Of a stretch of DNA of 64,000 nucleotides, positions 9,666 through 19,390 are shown piece by piece; the stretch's first letter is position 1; every line of letters starts with the position of its first letter. The notes beneath the pieces were generated by a model. It was not told where the DNA came from, made no database searches, and saw nothing but the letters and a program-made list of their open reading frames with translations. Source of the stretch: a plasmid. A program made the position numbers and the translations under genes. The stretch lies in the sequence record CP071152.1; one strand, given 5' to 3'.

Positions 9666-9964
9666 AGACTGTTGGGTCAACTGCAAGGATAGAGCTGCTG
9701 ATCCTGGATGACTGGGGACTGGAGGCGGTGAATGCCGAACAGCGCAACGCACTGCTGGAGATCATGGATGATCGGTACGGGAAATACTCGACGATAGTGG
9801 TCAGTCACCTGCCAACTGAAGAGTGGTACGCGAGCTTGGGTGACAACACCCTGGCAGATGCGATCCTGGACCGGCTGATGCACAACGCTCACCGGCTGCC
9901 ACTGAAGGGAGAATCGATGAGGAAGAGGAGAAGTGAGTTGACCCAATCTGAACAGTCGAGTTAG
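9666..9964 (+). pseudogene. IS21-family IstB helper-ATPase, C-terminal fragment cut by the IS3 insertion
   Basis: ...ELLILDDWGLEAVNAEQRNALLEIMDDRYGKYSTIVVSHLPTEEWYASLGDNTLADAILDRLMHNAHRLPLKGESMRKRR matches the IstB C-terminus. There is no upstream N-terminal part. Confidence 0.7.
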
Positions 9965-10096
9965 AAACGAGATGACGTGAGCGCGTTAAGGATCAGGGTG
10001 TTCACGTTGGCCGGAATGGCTGTTCAACTTCGCCGGAATACGCACTGACGGCGCTTACTGCTGAATTCACTGTCGGCGAAGGTGAGCTGATGACTC

Positions 10097-11230
10097 ATGA
10101 TGAACCCTTTTTCATGGCTCCAGATGACAAACATGATCTCATATCAGGGACTTGTTCGCACCTTCCCTAGCAGCGATGCGAAAGAGCGGGTAGCTCGGCT
10201 TCAACGCAAACTGGCAAACAGGGAACCACTGACGGTGTGTTCACTGTTCCATGGAGGCGGTGTACTTGACACAGCTATGCACGCAGGACTGGCACGTTCT
10301 GGAATTGATAGCTACTGTAAAGTGGCTGTGGAACTTGAAGGGAAATATCTGGACAGTTCCTTGCAGAATAACCCCCAGTTATTCCGTAACGATAGCGTTT
10401 TATTCGAAGGATCGATCGAACACTTTAATCCCAGAGGTGTGCGAGTAGAGTGCCTTATTGCCGGGATCCCATGTACAGGGGCCTCATTATCAGGAAGAGC
10501 AAAGAACGGCTTGGAATTTGCGGAAGCACATTCCGATGCCGGTCATTTGTTTTATTACTTCCTTAATGCGGTAATTGCCCTTAACCCAGCTATTGTCATA
10601 ATTGAAAACGTTTTGCCATATTCTGCTACTGCGTCTATGGCAGTAATTCGCTCAGTTCTACGTTCGCGTGGATATGAGTTGGAAGAAACCAACCTGGATG
10701 CCAGTAAATTTGGATGCTTGGAGAAACGGGAGCGGCTTTGTGTCGTTGCCTCTACCCCAAGTGCCATGACTACCGGTGTGCTGGATAATTTGGTTTCAAC
10801 CAAACAGAAGGAAAGTTGCGTTGGCGATATTCTCGAAGACATCCCCGAGGATTCACCTTTGTGGAGATCATTCGATTACCTCGCTATCAAAGAGCAACGA
10901 GACCTCGCAGCAAAAAAAGGCTTCAAACGGCAACTTATAACTGCTGAATCTGAATCCTACGGAGTTATAGCAAAAGGCTATAACAAGTGTAGGAGCACCG
11001 AGCCGTTTATTGCTCATCCTACCAACCCCAACCTGTCACGGTTGCTAACCCCGCTGGAACATGCACGCGGGAAAGGTGTGCCTCCCTGCGTGATCGACGG
11101 ACTCTCCGATACGGTTGCGCATGAGGTTCTCGGGCAAGGTGTGTGCTGGTTACCGTTCGAGTCTGTAGGCTTTGCCATCGGGACTCATATGCAGGCAGCC
11201 ATGCAACAAACGTCACAAGCCGCAGCGTAA
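10097..11230 (+). CDS. DNA cytosine-5 methyltransferase
   Basis: Motif I LFHGGGVLD, motif IV GIPCTGAS (PC dipeptide) and motif VI IIENV appear in canonical order over 377 aa. Confidence 0.75.
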   Translation: MMNPFSWLQMTNMISYQGLVRTFPSSDAKERVARLQRKLANREPLTVCSLFHGGGVLDTAMHAGLARSGIDSYCKVAVELEGKYLDSSLQNNPQLFRNDSVLFEGSIEHFNPRGVRVECLIAGIPCTGASLSGRAKNGLEFAEAHSDAGHLFYYFLNAVIALNPAIVIIENVLPYSATASMAVIRSVLRSRGYELEETNLDASKFGCLEKRERLCVVASTPSAMTTGVLDNLVSTKQKESCVGDILEDIPEDSPLWRSFDYLAIKEQRDLAAKKGFKRQLITAESESYGVIAKGYNKCRSTEPFIAHPTNPNLSRLLTPLEHARGKGVPPCVIDGLSDTVAHEVLGQGVCWLPFESVGFAIGTHMQAAMQQTSQAAA

Positions 11231-11327
11231 ACCTGCTGGCCATCTGAGTGACCCATTCGTGGGTCACTTTTATTTGTTCCCTCGGGAATGGAGCCTTAGG
11301 GCATGAAGTAATGATAAGGAGCAATCA

Positions 11328-11822
11328 ATGAACGTCAGCACAATGGATACTGTCAGGACAATGGCAATCACCCATATGTCGTATGAAACCAAAAGATATA
11401 CTGAGGCGGATTATGACACTGCTGTTGAATACAGCGTGATGAACATCATGGACGAGGAATATCTGTTTAGCCTTCATCTAGGTGAGTTTGAGGTGCTGGT
11501 GGAAATTGACACTAGCCTTACCAAAACATCACATTTCTACATCTTGCAAGAGTACGGCAACCGCCACGAGCATGATGTGGAAAAAGGTGATTGCACTTCG
11601 TTCAAACGGGCCATCCGTGCCACTGTGTTTGCTCGAAAAAGCAAACTGCAATTTGATGTCAATCATTTTGACCCTGATGAAATTGCACTCAATGAAATAT
11701 TGGCTGGTTGGAGCAATGCGTGTCATAGAGCTGGGGAAGTGTTCGCTGTTAATCCACAGCGCCTTTCACACCTTTTTGATGCCGTACACTCCGCTTACCA
11801 TGCCTGTCAGAAAAAACAGTAA
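11328..11822 (+). CDS. Hypothetical protein (164 aa) downstream of the methyltransferase
   Basis: Clean ORF with a plausible RBS (AAGGAG). No recognisable motif. Confidence 0.45.
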   Translation: MNVSTMDTVRTMAITHMSYETKRYTEADYDTAVEYSVMNIMDEEYLFSLHLGEFEVLVEIDTSLTKTSHFYILQEYGNRHEHDVEKGDCTSFKRAIRATVFARKSKLQFDVNHFDPDEIALNEILAGWSNACHRAGEVFAVNPQRLSHLFDAVHSAYHACQKKQ

Positions 11823-11929
11823 TAGCGTTTAACCCTCCGCAGCAATCACCCTGAATTAAACGGGTGATTCGCCTGCTTTAAATATAAATCCTTCGGGATC
11901 ATGAGCCCTTTGGGCAAGGAAACATTATC

Positions 11930-12307
11930 ATGTGTATCGCAAAATATTCTCAATTAAATCCAGAAACCCTGCTTAGCTTTGGTGGCACTGCTACCATTTC
12001 GCCGGAACTTGCAAAAGCAATAAAGTATCAGCGTCGCTGCACGCTCGATACTGAGCAGCAGATATTCCGTGAGGGTGATGGTTTTGAATATAAGGTTGAT
12101 ATGACGAAAAATCTGGTCACGTTGTTGAAAGGTACAATTTGCACTGCCGACAACACAGGCTTCGTTAATATTAAATCTGCCCCAATGAAGGGCTATTCTG
12201 TAGTGGAAGTGGTTAAGTTCAACGATGCGCCTGCGAATACCTCCGCAAGTGGCAAGTTGTTCCGTGACCTGCGTTCACTGGCAGAAATAACCGGACTTAT
12301 TTTCTAA
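11930..12307 (+). CDS. Hypothetical protein (125 aa)
   Basis: ORF followed directly by a strong hairpin plus T8 terminator. Confidence 0.4.
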   Translation: MCIAKYSQLNPETLLSFGGTATISPELAKAIKYQRRCTLDTEQQIFREGDGFEYKVDMTKNLVTLLKGTICTADNTGFVNIKSAPMKGYSVVEVVKFNDAPANTSASGKLFRDLRSLAEITGLIF

Positions 12308-12314
12308 CTTACAA

Positions 12315-12352
12315 GGCCACTCACCCACATCGGGATGCGTGGCCTTTTTTTT
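12315..12352 (+). terminator. Rho-independent terminator
   Basis: GGCCAC ... GTGGCC stem followed by a TTTTTTTT run. Confidence 0.6.
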
Positions 12353-12622
12353 GGCCTTCGCTTTCCTAACCGATTTTTTTAACCATTCGCATACAAACCT
12401 GAACACCAATGACTGGATATTGCCAATTATTTATACGCGGGAAGCAAAATAGTTATTGGCTTACTTAATTATTTTTAAACGCCGTTTACTCCGAGTGAAT
12501 AACTTGGTAGTTTTATAATAGAAATGGCCTTTAGGAGTGACGTTCTTGTTGAGACCAGGTATTGCTGTTCTTGCCTTTATTCTGCCCATGGCCAGCGGAC
12601 TATGGACAGCCAAGCAAGCCCA

Positions 12623-14011
12623 CATGTACAGAACCTTAAGCGGCAAGCGAATTAATAATACCGTCTAACGTGTTGTTTTGCTTGGATTTTCTCTGCCTAC
12701 TCTTTTTGCCGTTTTTGGATAAATACACCATTGCCCACTCCAACTTCTCTGTTATTTCCTGCCACGCACCATGGATGATGCTCGCCAATATCGGCATTAA
12801 CCAAAGCGCGCTGTTTTTGGCAATCTTCAGCATCGATAACTCCGCGCTGCCAATCAGCGTCAGCGCCAGCCGACGTTTGACCAGCAAGGCCAGCAAACTA
12901 GCCCAGATCAAGCCTTCCGCTATCGCTTTTTGTCGTGTCGCGAACGCCTTCAACCGGTTATGTGATTTCAGCTCTTTGAACAACAGTTCGATCTGCCAAC
13001 GGCAACGATACAATGCCATCACCTTCTCGGCTGGCCATCGCTCACGCGGAAGATTGGTCATCCATATACAGAACCGTTTTTCCTCTGCAAACCAACGTCT
13101 TATGAGTCGATATTTATACTTTCCCGAACTCACATCCAGATCCAGAACCTCGGCTCTGCAGCTTCTCCGATCGATATCCTTGAGCTTTTTTCCGAGTAAC
13201 TTGGGCATTTCCCTGCCGTCCTGTCGGTAAGCTGCCTGTACTTTGGGATTGAGATTTTGACTCCCTCTGACCAGATAGCTTCCTTTGGCTTTGGTCACAT
13301 CAGCAAAGTACTCGCGGCTGATGTAACCGGCATCCGCCAATAACAGTTTGTTATTTAACGAATTTGCGGCCGGAAGATGCTTGCGCTCCGATTCGGTATC
13401 CGCCGTGATACTCATCGATATCGGCGACTGGTCCAGCAAGGACATGGTCATATGACACTCTACCGCAGCGGGGCTGTGCTTATTGAATCGGCCCGGGAAA
13501 TGTTCTGCCAATTGCGGATGTAACGCGAATGACGACCCGTCCTGCAGCAGTACCTGCTCAAAGCCTGCCAGTCCGTGGGCGTCCGGTAGACACTCCTTGA
13601 GGCGTAAGGCGATGGCTCGTTCAACCAGTGCGCGCATGAACAAGGGAAAACCCTGCTTGCGTAACTGGTTGTGAAAGGGTTTATACGCTATTTGATCAGT
13701 ATCATGGAGCTGCAACGCATTGAAATGGCGATGCAAACCAGCAATACCATCCACCTTGTCGCAACCAAGCCCTGAGAGCAGAGCCGGGAGTAGTCTCGCA
13801 GGCTGGATATCCCGGAGTCGCTGACAAAAACCGGTAAATTTACCGATCCGGTTGAGTTCAGAAGAGCTAAGAAGTTGCTTGAGGTACTGGGTTGCATTGA
13901 TAATAGTCATGGCTTCGGGCGTGTCGGTTTTTTTTTGCGATTAAATCAGATCACAAACGAAGCCTTTTTTCTATCTATTTCAATTGGTTGTAGCTAAAGA
14001 TCCTGTACATG
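12623..14011 (-). mobile_element. IS4-family insertion sequence, copy A (about 1389 bp)
   Basis: Terminal inverted repeats CATGTACAGAACC (12623..) and GATCCTGTACATG (..14011). The transposase stop codon abuts the left inverted repeat. Confidence 0.75.
12636..13910 (-). CDS. IS4-family DDE transposase (424 aa)
   Basis: About 65% identical over its full length to the second copy at 14756. Motifs LLLADAGY and YRCRWQIELLFKELKS are present. Confidence 0.8.
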   Translation of the reverse strand: MTIINATQYLKQLLSSSELNRIGKFTGFCQRLRDIQPARLLPALLSGLGCDKVDGIAGLHRHFNALQLHDTDQIAYKPFHNQLRKQGFPLFMRALVERAIALRLKECLPDAHGLAGFEQVLLQDGSSFALHPQLAEHFPGRFNKHSPAAVECHMTMSLLDQSPISMSITADTESERKHLPAANSLNNKLLLADAGYISREYFADVTKAKGSYLVRGSQNLNPKVQAAYRQDGREMPKLLGKKLKDIDRRSCRAEVLDLDVSSGKYKYRLIRRWFAEEKRFCIWMTNLPRERWPAEKVMALYRCRWQIELLFKELKSHNRLKAFATRQKAIAEGLIWASLLALLVKRRLALTLIGSAELSMLKIAKNSALWLMPILASIIHGAWQEITEKLEWAMVYLSKNGKKSRQRKSKQNNTLDGIINSLAA

Positions 14012-14066
14012 ACAGGTCACTGCAGCGGCCAAACTGTTGCCACATCTCAGTTCAGGAGGAAACGCA

Positions 14067-14438
14067 ATGACTCAGGAAAGGATCCAGACCCGCTACCCAC
14101 TCGGCGGCCCCTTCGCCACCCAGGCTGAGCTGGAGCAGGCCATCACCCAGGCCATAACGACCCACAGACAAGATTTCTTCCCTCTGCTGGAACGGCTGGT
14201 GGACGTGGGGGACACCCGGGTCAACCTCAGTCAGGAGAACCCGCTGCGGGTGCTCAGCATCGAACTCGCTGACGGCCGTGAAGGAGTGGCCCATATCAAC
14301 TACGAGTCCAACTTCGCCGAGAGCTGCCTGATTATCAACGAATACGACCAGCACCAGACCAGCCTGGCCTTTCGCCTCGACGGGGATGCACTTATCTTCG
14401 ACGTCGAACTGCCGATCGCGTGGAATTTCAATAACTGA
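14067..14438 (+). CDS. Hypothetical protein (123 aa) captured between the two IS4-family copies
   Basis: An AGGAGG RBS lies 7 nt before the ATG at 14067. The ORF ends before the GC-rich hairpin. Confidence 0.5.
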   Translation: MTQERIQTRYPLGGPFATQAELEQAITQAITTHRQDFFPLLERLVDVGDTRVNLSQENPLRVLSIELADGREGVAHINYESNFAESCLIINEYDQHQTSLAFRLDGDALIFDVELPIAWNFNN

Positions 14439-14500
14439 AGATTCAGCGGTGTAATGCCGCCTGGTTGCTACACCCGGTCAGCCAGCTCCCCTCACCCTAA

Positions 14501-14521
14501 CCCTCTCCCAAAGGGAGAGGG
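14501..14521. other. GC-rich stem-loop (CCCTCTCCC-aaa-GGGAGAGGG) downstream of the passenger gene; possible terminator or REP-like element
   Basis: Perfect 9-bp stem. No T-run follows. Confidence 0.3.
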
Positions 14522-14653
14522 GATCAGACCGTGCCAACCTCCAGCCGTGGTAGTCACTCCATACTCTGCTGTTATTTCAGGCGCCTGTAATCTTCCCCAT
14601 ATGGCTGTCATCTGAATAGCAATATCCAGCATATAGCCACCATAACCCTCACT

Positions 14654-16038
14654 CATGTACAGGATCTTTAGCGGCAACCAATTGAAATAGATATAAAAAA
14701 GGCTTCGTTTGTGATCTGATTTTATCGCCAAACAAAATCAACACGCGCGAAGCCTATGACTATTATCAACGCTAATTACTATCTGGAGCAACTCTTGGCT
14801 CCCGCCGCACTCGAGCGCATTGCTCGGCTCTGCAAGTTTTGTCTGCGTCAGCGTGCCATTACCCCAGCCATGCTCGTACCTGCACTGCTGCGGGCCATGG
14901 GAGGCGACCAGGTCAATGACATTGCCGGTTTACACCGCCATTTCAATGCCTTGCAACTGGTAAACACCCATCAGGTTTCTTACAAACCGTTTCACAATCA
15001 GCTGCGCAAAGAGAGCTTTGCCCTGTTTATGAAAGCCCTGGTCGAGCGGGCCATCGCCTTGCGTATCGACCATCAACTCAAAGCAGCCTCCCTCGGCGCG
15101 TTCAAGCAGGTGTTACTGCACGATGGCACCTCCTTTGCGGTGCATCGGCGCCTTGCTGCTGATTTTCCCGGCCGGTTCAAGACCATCAGTCCGGCAGCTA
15201 TCGAGTGCCATATGACCATGTCACTGTCGGAGCAGAGCCCGTTGTGCATGAGTGTGTCTGCCGATACCGCAGGGGAACGGCAATTTCTGCCTGAAGCCCA
15301 CACGCTGACCAACTGCCTGCTGCTGGCTGACGCAGGTTACATTGACAGGGCTTGGTTTGAGCAGGTGAACGACGCTGGCGGATTTTATCTGGTGCGCGGC
15401 ACGAAAAGCCTGAACCCCAAGATAATCCAAGCCTGGCGCGGTGATGGACGGGAAGTACCCAAGCTGGCGGGACTATCTCTGAGAGAGGCCGGACGGCGAC
15501 GCTGTCGGGCCGAGGTACTGGATATGGTGGTGAAGTCCGGCCAGGTCGAGTACCGGTTGATCCGGCGCTGGTTTGCTGAGGAAAAGCGGTTCTGTCTGTG
15601 GATGACGAACCTACCGCGAGCAGCATGGTCAGCAGAGCAGGTGATGAGCCTGTATCGCTGCCGTTGGCAGGTGGAGTTGTTATTTAAAGAGTGGAAATCG
15701 CACAACCGGCTCAAGGGGTTTGTGACGGGCGAGAAAGCGATTGCCGAGGGGGTTGGTGTGGACGAGCCTGCTGTCGCTGGTGATGAAGAGACGGGTCGCG
15801 CAGAGTGTGATGAGTGGGGCGCTATCGATGCTGAAAGCGTCGAAGAACAGTGCGACGTGGTGGCTACCGCTATTGGAAGCAGTGGCCCATAGGGCGCTGA
15901 CAGAAATAAGGGAAAGATTGGAATGGGCTGCCGATTATTTGGCCAAGAACGCCTGCCGAACCAAGCAGAGAAAGTCGATACAGAACAGGACCTTGGAAGG
16001 CGTTTTAAATGGACTCGCCGCTTAAGGTCCTGTACATG
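14654..16038 (+). mobile_element. IS4-family insertion sequence, copy B (about 1385 bp), inverted relative to copy A
   Basis: Ends CATGTACAGGATC (14654..) and GGTCCTGTACATG (..16038). Its inner ~60 bp mirror the inner end of copy A. Confidence 0.75.
14756..16025 (+). pseudogene. IS4-family transposase with a +1 frameshift in a G5 run (15748..15752)
   Basis: ORFs 14756..15892 and 15741..16025 join in a different frame at ...KAIAEG | LVWTSLLSLVMKRR. Removing one G restores the full-length protein. Confidence 0.7.
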
Positions 16039-16049
16039 AGCAAGCCCAT

Positions 16050-17531
16050 ATGAACGAACTCATCCAGCTCAGCGAGACAGCTGGCGCACGCTCTGTTGAG
16101 CTCGTAGACGACCTCATTGATTTTGCCTCTCAGGCCAACCAGGCGGCCCTGCTTCACCGCGACCTTTCATGCGATCTAGCGTTCCCTGAGCTTCGTTCCA
16201 TCGCCGCCTTCAAACCATTCTTGTCGTCGGTCAACCTGGTCAAGGAGGGGAGGAGCGTCAACTGCTCATCATTGCTGGGCTCAACGCAACTCACCGACGT
16301 AGGGGCCTTCACCGGCGGGCAGCTCTCGCTCGTATCAGGAGGGTTTGTTCGGTCCAATGTGCCCCTCTTGATCGTGCGCAGCACCAAGAGCACCACTGCC
16401 GCGCTTGCCGTGATCGAGGGGTCAACCATTCAATACATGTTGAAGCTGACCGGTAGCCGTACACAGGGCTGGCTGCACATCGGTAATGCCTGGCTCGATG
16501 CCAACGGCGAATATCGCACGACTCCCCCGCTTACTACCTATTCCACGATTTCCACCACGGACTCTAAGAAATACCCCTATGCCGTTCACACCGGCGTGAA
16601 CACCACCGCCTCTTGGTATGAGGTAATGGAGGACCAACGCTACCTGTTGCAAACCTGCCTGCTCCTCTCGTTGTTGCTCGCTGGGGCGGTGTACAGCAGC
16701 GTCGGCAGACCCAGATCTCTCTACACAGAGTTGGCGCATGGGTTGCGGGCGGCGGAGTTTGTGCCCTATTTCCAACCCATCATGGACCGCGACGGTAAGC
16801 GGATCATCGGCACCGAAGTGCTGATGCGCTGGCAGCGCCCATCTGGGGTACTGATCCGCCCTGACCAGTTCATTCCCCTGGCCGAGGAAAGTGGCCTGAT
16901 CTGCGACATGACGGTACAGATGATGAGGAAGGTCGCTGACCTGCTGGTGTGTCGTATCGAACTGCTGCCCAAGGGCTTTCATGTGGCCTTCAATATCAGC
17001 GCCACGCATTGCAAAGACAATGCGCTGCTGCATGAATGTACCCGCTTCCTGAGTCGCTTCCCGACCGGTTCTGTACAGCTGGTGCTGGAACTGACCGAGC
17101 GGCAGTTGTTCATGGATGATGACCACGTTCTCACCTTGTTCAAGCGACTAAATGAACTAGGCGTGAAACTGGCCATAGACGATTTCGGCACCGGCAATTC
17201 CACTCATGCCTATCTACAATCCTTCCACATTGATTTCCTCAAGATTGATCGCTCCTTTGTAAACCTCATCGGCAAGGAAAGCGTGTCGAGCCACATCATC
17301 GAAAACCTCATAGATTTGGCCAACCGGCTGAACCAGGTGATTGTGGCGGAAGGCGTGGAGACCCGTGAACAGGCTGAGTATCTGGCCAGCAGAGGTGTCC
17401 ACCTCTTGCAGGGGTATCTGTTCGGTAAGCCAGTTCCGTTTGATGTGTTCATCAAGGAGCACAATCTGACGGATCTGTACTCATCGGGCCGGGCCTCGGA
17501 AAGGGTGCTTAACCAAGCTACGCCTGCGTAA
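16050..17531 (+). CDS. EAL-domain c-di-GMP phosphodiesterase with a CSS-motif-type periplasmic domain; N-terminus apparently truncated
   Basis: CSS motif (VNCSSLL); a single TM segment LLQTCLLLSLLLAGAVY; EAL-domain motifs EVLMRW, DDFGTG and KIDRSFV. There is no N-terminal TM1. IS copy B ends 12 bp upstream. Confidence 0.75.
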   Translation: MNELIQLSETAGARSVELVDDLIDFASQANQAALLHRDLSCDLAFPELRSIAAFKPFLSSVNLVKEGRSVNCSSLLGSTQLTDVGAFTGGQLSLVSGGFVRSNVPLLIVRSTKSTTAALAVIEGSTIQYMLKLTGSRTQGWLHIGNAWLDANGEYRTTPPLTTYSTISTTDSKKYPYAVHTGVNTTASWYEVMEDQRYLLQTCLLLSLLLAGAVYSSVGRPRSLYTELAHGLRAAEFVPYFQPIMDRDGKRIIGTEVLMRWQRPSGVLIRPDQFIPLAEESGLICDMTVQMMRKVADLLVCRIELLPKGFHVAFNISATHCKDNALLHECTRFLSRFPTGSVQLVLELTERQLFMDDDHVLTLFKRLNELGVKLAIDDFGTGNSTHAYLQSFHIDFLKIDRSFVNLIGKESVSSHIIENLIDLANRLNQVIVAEGVETREQAEYLASRGVHLLQGYLFGKPVPFDVFIKEHNLTDLYSSGRASERVLNQATPA

Positions 17532-17612
17532 AGAGGGGCTTTGACCGCGGTCGATCTCCTCCGAGGACGGTGAGGCCTGCTTGCACGCTGCGGCTGCTCG
17601 CCCACCGTGATA

Positions 17613-17632
17613 TACTGGATATAAACCCAGTA
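17613..17632 (+). promoter_or_regulatory. LexA (SOS) box-like operator upstream of umuD
   Basis: TACTGGATATAAACCCAGTA has the CTG-N10-CAG spacing of the CTGT-N8-ACAG consensus. It lies about 15 bp upstream of the umuD start. Confidence 0.5.
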
Positions 17633-17646
17633 ATCAGTGTCCCGTC

Positions 17647-18060
17647 ATGACCTCAAGTGAACATCCCCTTTTGCCTTTGCCCCTCTTTGCAGATCGGGTC
17701 AGTTGCGGGTTCCCCAACCCCTGTTCGACATTTTCCGATCACTCAATTGACCTCAATCAGCTCTGTGTTCGTTCTCCTGCCTCGACGTTTTTCGTCCGGG
17801 CATCTGGCGACAGCATGAGGGATAAGGGGATCCTGGACGGCGACCTACTCATCATCGATCGCTCCGTGTCCGCCGTGGATGGCGACATTGTCCTGGCCGT
17901 GCTCGATGGCGAGTTCACCGTTAAGTGCCTCCAGACCAAGCCCTGCCCTGCCCTGGTGCCCGCCAATCCCGCGTACTCCACCATCTATCTGACCGAGGAA
18001 ATGGACTTCCAGGTGTGGGGGGTGGTGACGTTCGCGCTGCACCAAACGTGGTGCCGATAG
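17647..18060 (+). CDS. umuD: UmuD-like translesion-synthesis protein (S24 LexA-like self-cleaving peptidase)
   Basis: ASGDSM Ser-protease motif and the cleavage-site region CG. 137 aa. Confidence 0.85.
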   Translation: MTSSEHPLLPLPLFADRVSCGFPNPCSTFSDHSIDLNQLCVRSPASTFFVRASGDSMRDKGILDGDLLIIDRSVSAVDGDIVLAVLDGEFTVKCLQTKPCPALVPANPAYSTIYLTEEMDFQVWGVVTFALHQTWCR

Positions 18061-18061
18061 G

Positions 18062-19342
18062 ATGGGACAGAAGTTGATCGCGCTGGTGGAGCTAAACTCA
18101 GCCTATTGCGAGATGGAGCGCCTCTTCCGTCCAGATCTCAAAGGACGAGCGATTGTAGTCTTGTCGTCTTCGGATGGTTGCGTTGTATCGCGTTCTGCCG
18201 AAGCCAAGAAGCTGGGCGTCAAGATGGGCGAGGTTTATTTCAAGATTCGAGAGTGGTATGAGCACCAGGGCGGCGTGGCATTTAGTTCAAATTTCACGTT
18301 GTATGGAGACCTTTCAGCCAGATTCATGGCCATTCTCAGTACAATGACCTACCAATGTGTCCCTTATTCAGTCGATGAAGCTTGGGTAACGATTGACACC
18401 GCTTGGGCTGGTGATCCCACGGAGTATGGCCGCGCCATCCGGGCCAAGGTGCTGCAATGGATCGGGCTCAGCTCGGGAGTTGGCATTGGCCCTACGAAAG
18501 TTATTGCAAAGCTAGCCAGTGCCGCCAGCAAGCGGTGGCCCAAGACCGGGGGGGTCGTGGATCTCAGCGACCCCGCCCGCCTGGCAAAGCTGATGGCGAT
18601 CACCCCCGTCGATGAAGTATGGGGCATTGGCCGCAAGCTATCCGCAAAGCTGGTGGACCAGGGCATCCGAACAGCGGCGGACCTCGCCGCAGCCGACCCA
18701 AAGATCCTGCGACGGCGCTATGGGGTGCTCGTGGAGCGCACGGCACTGGAGCTGCGGGGGATCCCCTGCGCAGGCCTGGAGGAGATGGTCAAGTGCAGGC
18801 AGCAAGTCATCGTGTCACGCACCTTCGGTGAGCGGATTTCGAACAGGGACGTTATGCGCCAATCCCTCGCCGTGTTCATCGAGTTGGCGACAGAGAAATT
18901 GAGGCGCGAAGGAGTCTGTTGTCAGCACATCAGCATCTTCATGCAGACAAGCATGTTTGACACCAAAGGGCCGCAATACGCCAATCAGGCAAGCACCGGC
19001 CTGGTCGTGCCAACTGATGACCCCCGTGTGTTGCTGGCCACCCTTGAACCCCTGCTCACCGGCACATGGCGTGATGGCTACCCGTTCAGCAAAGCAGGCA
19101 TCATGCTCTCTGACATCCAGCCAAAGGGCCTACGTCAGGGCGATCTGTTTGCAGCGGACCACATCGACCCCCGCCGCGAGGCCCTGATGAATGTGGTCGA
19201 CGCCATCAATCACAGCGGCAAGCTGGGGAAGGTGTACTTCGCCGCCCGGGGCCATCGAGACCTGTCCTCCATGATCAAGCGTGAGCGGTTGAGCCCCAGG
19301 TACACTACCAACCTGGCGGAATTGCCGGTAGTTAAGGCTTAA
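18062..19342 (+). CDS. umuC: UmuC-like Y-family DNA polymerase (Pol V catalytic subunit)
   Basis: The N-terminus reads ALVELNSAYCEMERLFRPDL. 426 aa. It starts 1 bp after the umuD stop. Confidence 0.85.
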   Translation: MGQKLIALVELNSAYCEMERLFRPDLKGRAIVVLSSSDGCVVSRSAEAKKLGVKMGEVYFKIREWYEHQGGVAFSSNFTLYGDLSARFMAILSTMTYQCVPYSVDEAWVTIDTAWAGDPTEYGRAIRAKVLQWIGLSSGVGIGPTKVIAKLASAASKRWPKTGGVVDLSDPARLAKLMAITPVDEVWGIGRKLSAKLVDQGIRTAADLAAADPKILRRRYGVLVERTALELRGIPCAGLEEMVKCRQQVIVSRTFGERISNRDVMRQSLAVFIELATEKLRREGVCCQHISIFMQTSMFDTKGPQYANQASTGLVVPTDDPRVLLATLEPLLTGTWRDGYPFSKAGIMLSDIQPKGLRQGDLFAADHIDPRREALMNVVDAINHSGKLGKVYFAARGHRDLSSMIKRERLSPRYTTNLAELPVVKA

Positions 19343-19390
19343 CGCTTATTGGCTTTCCGGCTCAATGGTGGTTCATCGCCAGAAAGACAA

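Noticed and set aside
16422-17605. Minus-strand ORFs (234 aa and 131 aa) overlapping the EAL gene
   Set aside because: They are antisense to a gene with clear EAL motifs, and their composition is typical of a GC-rich wrong frame.
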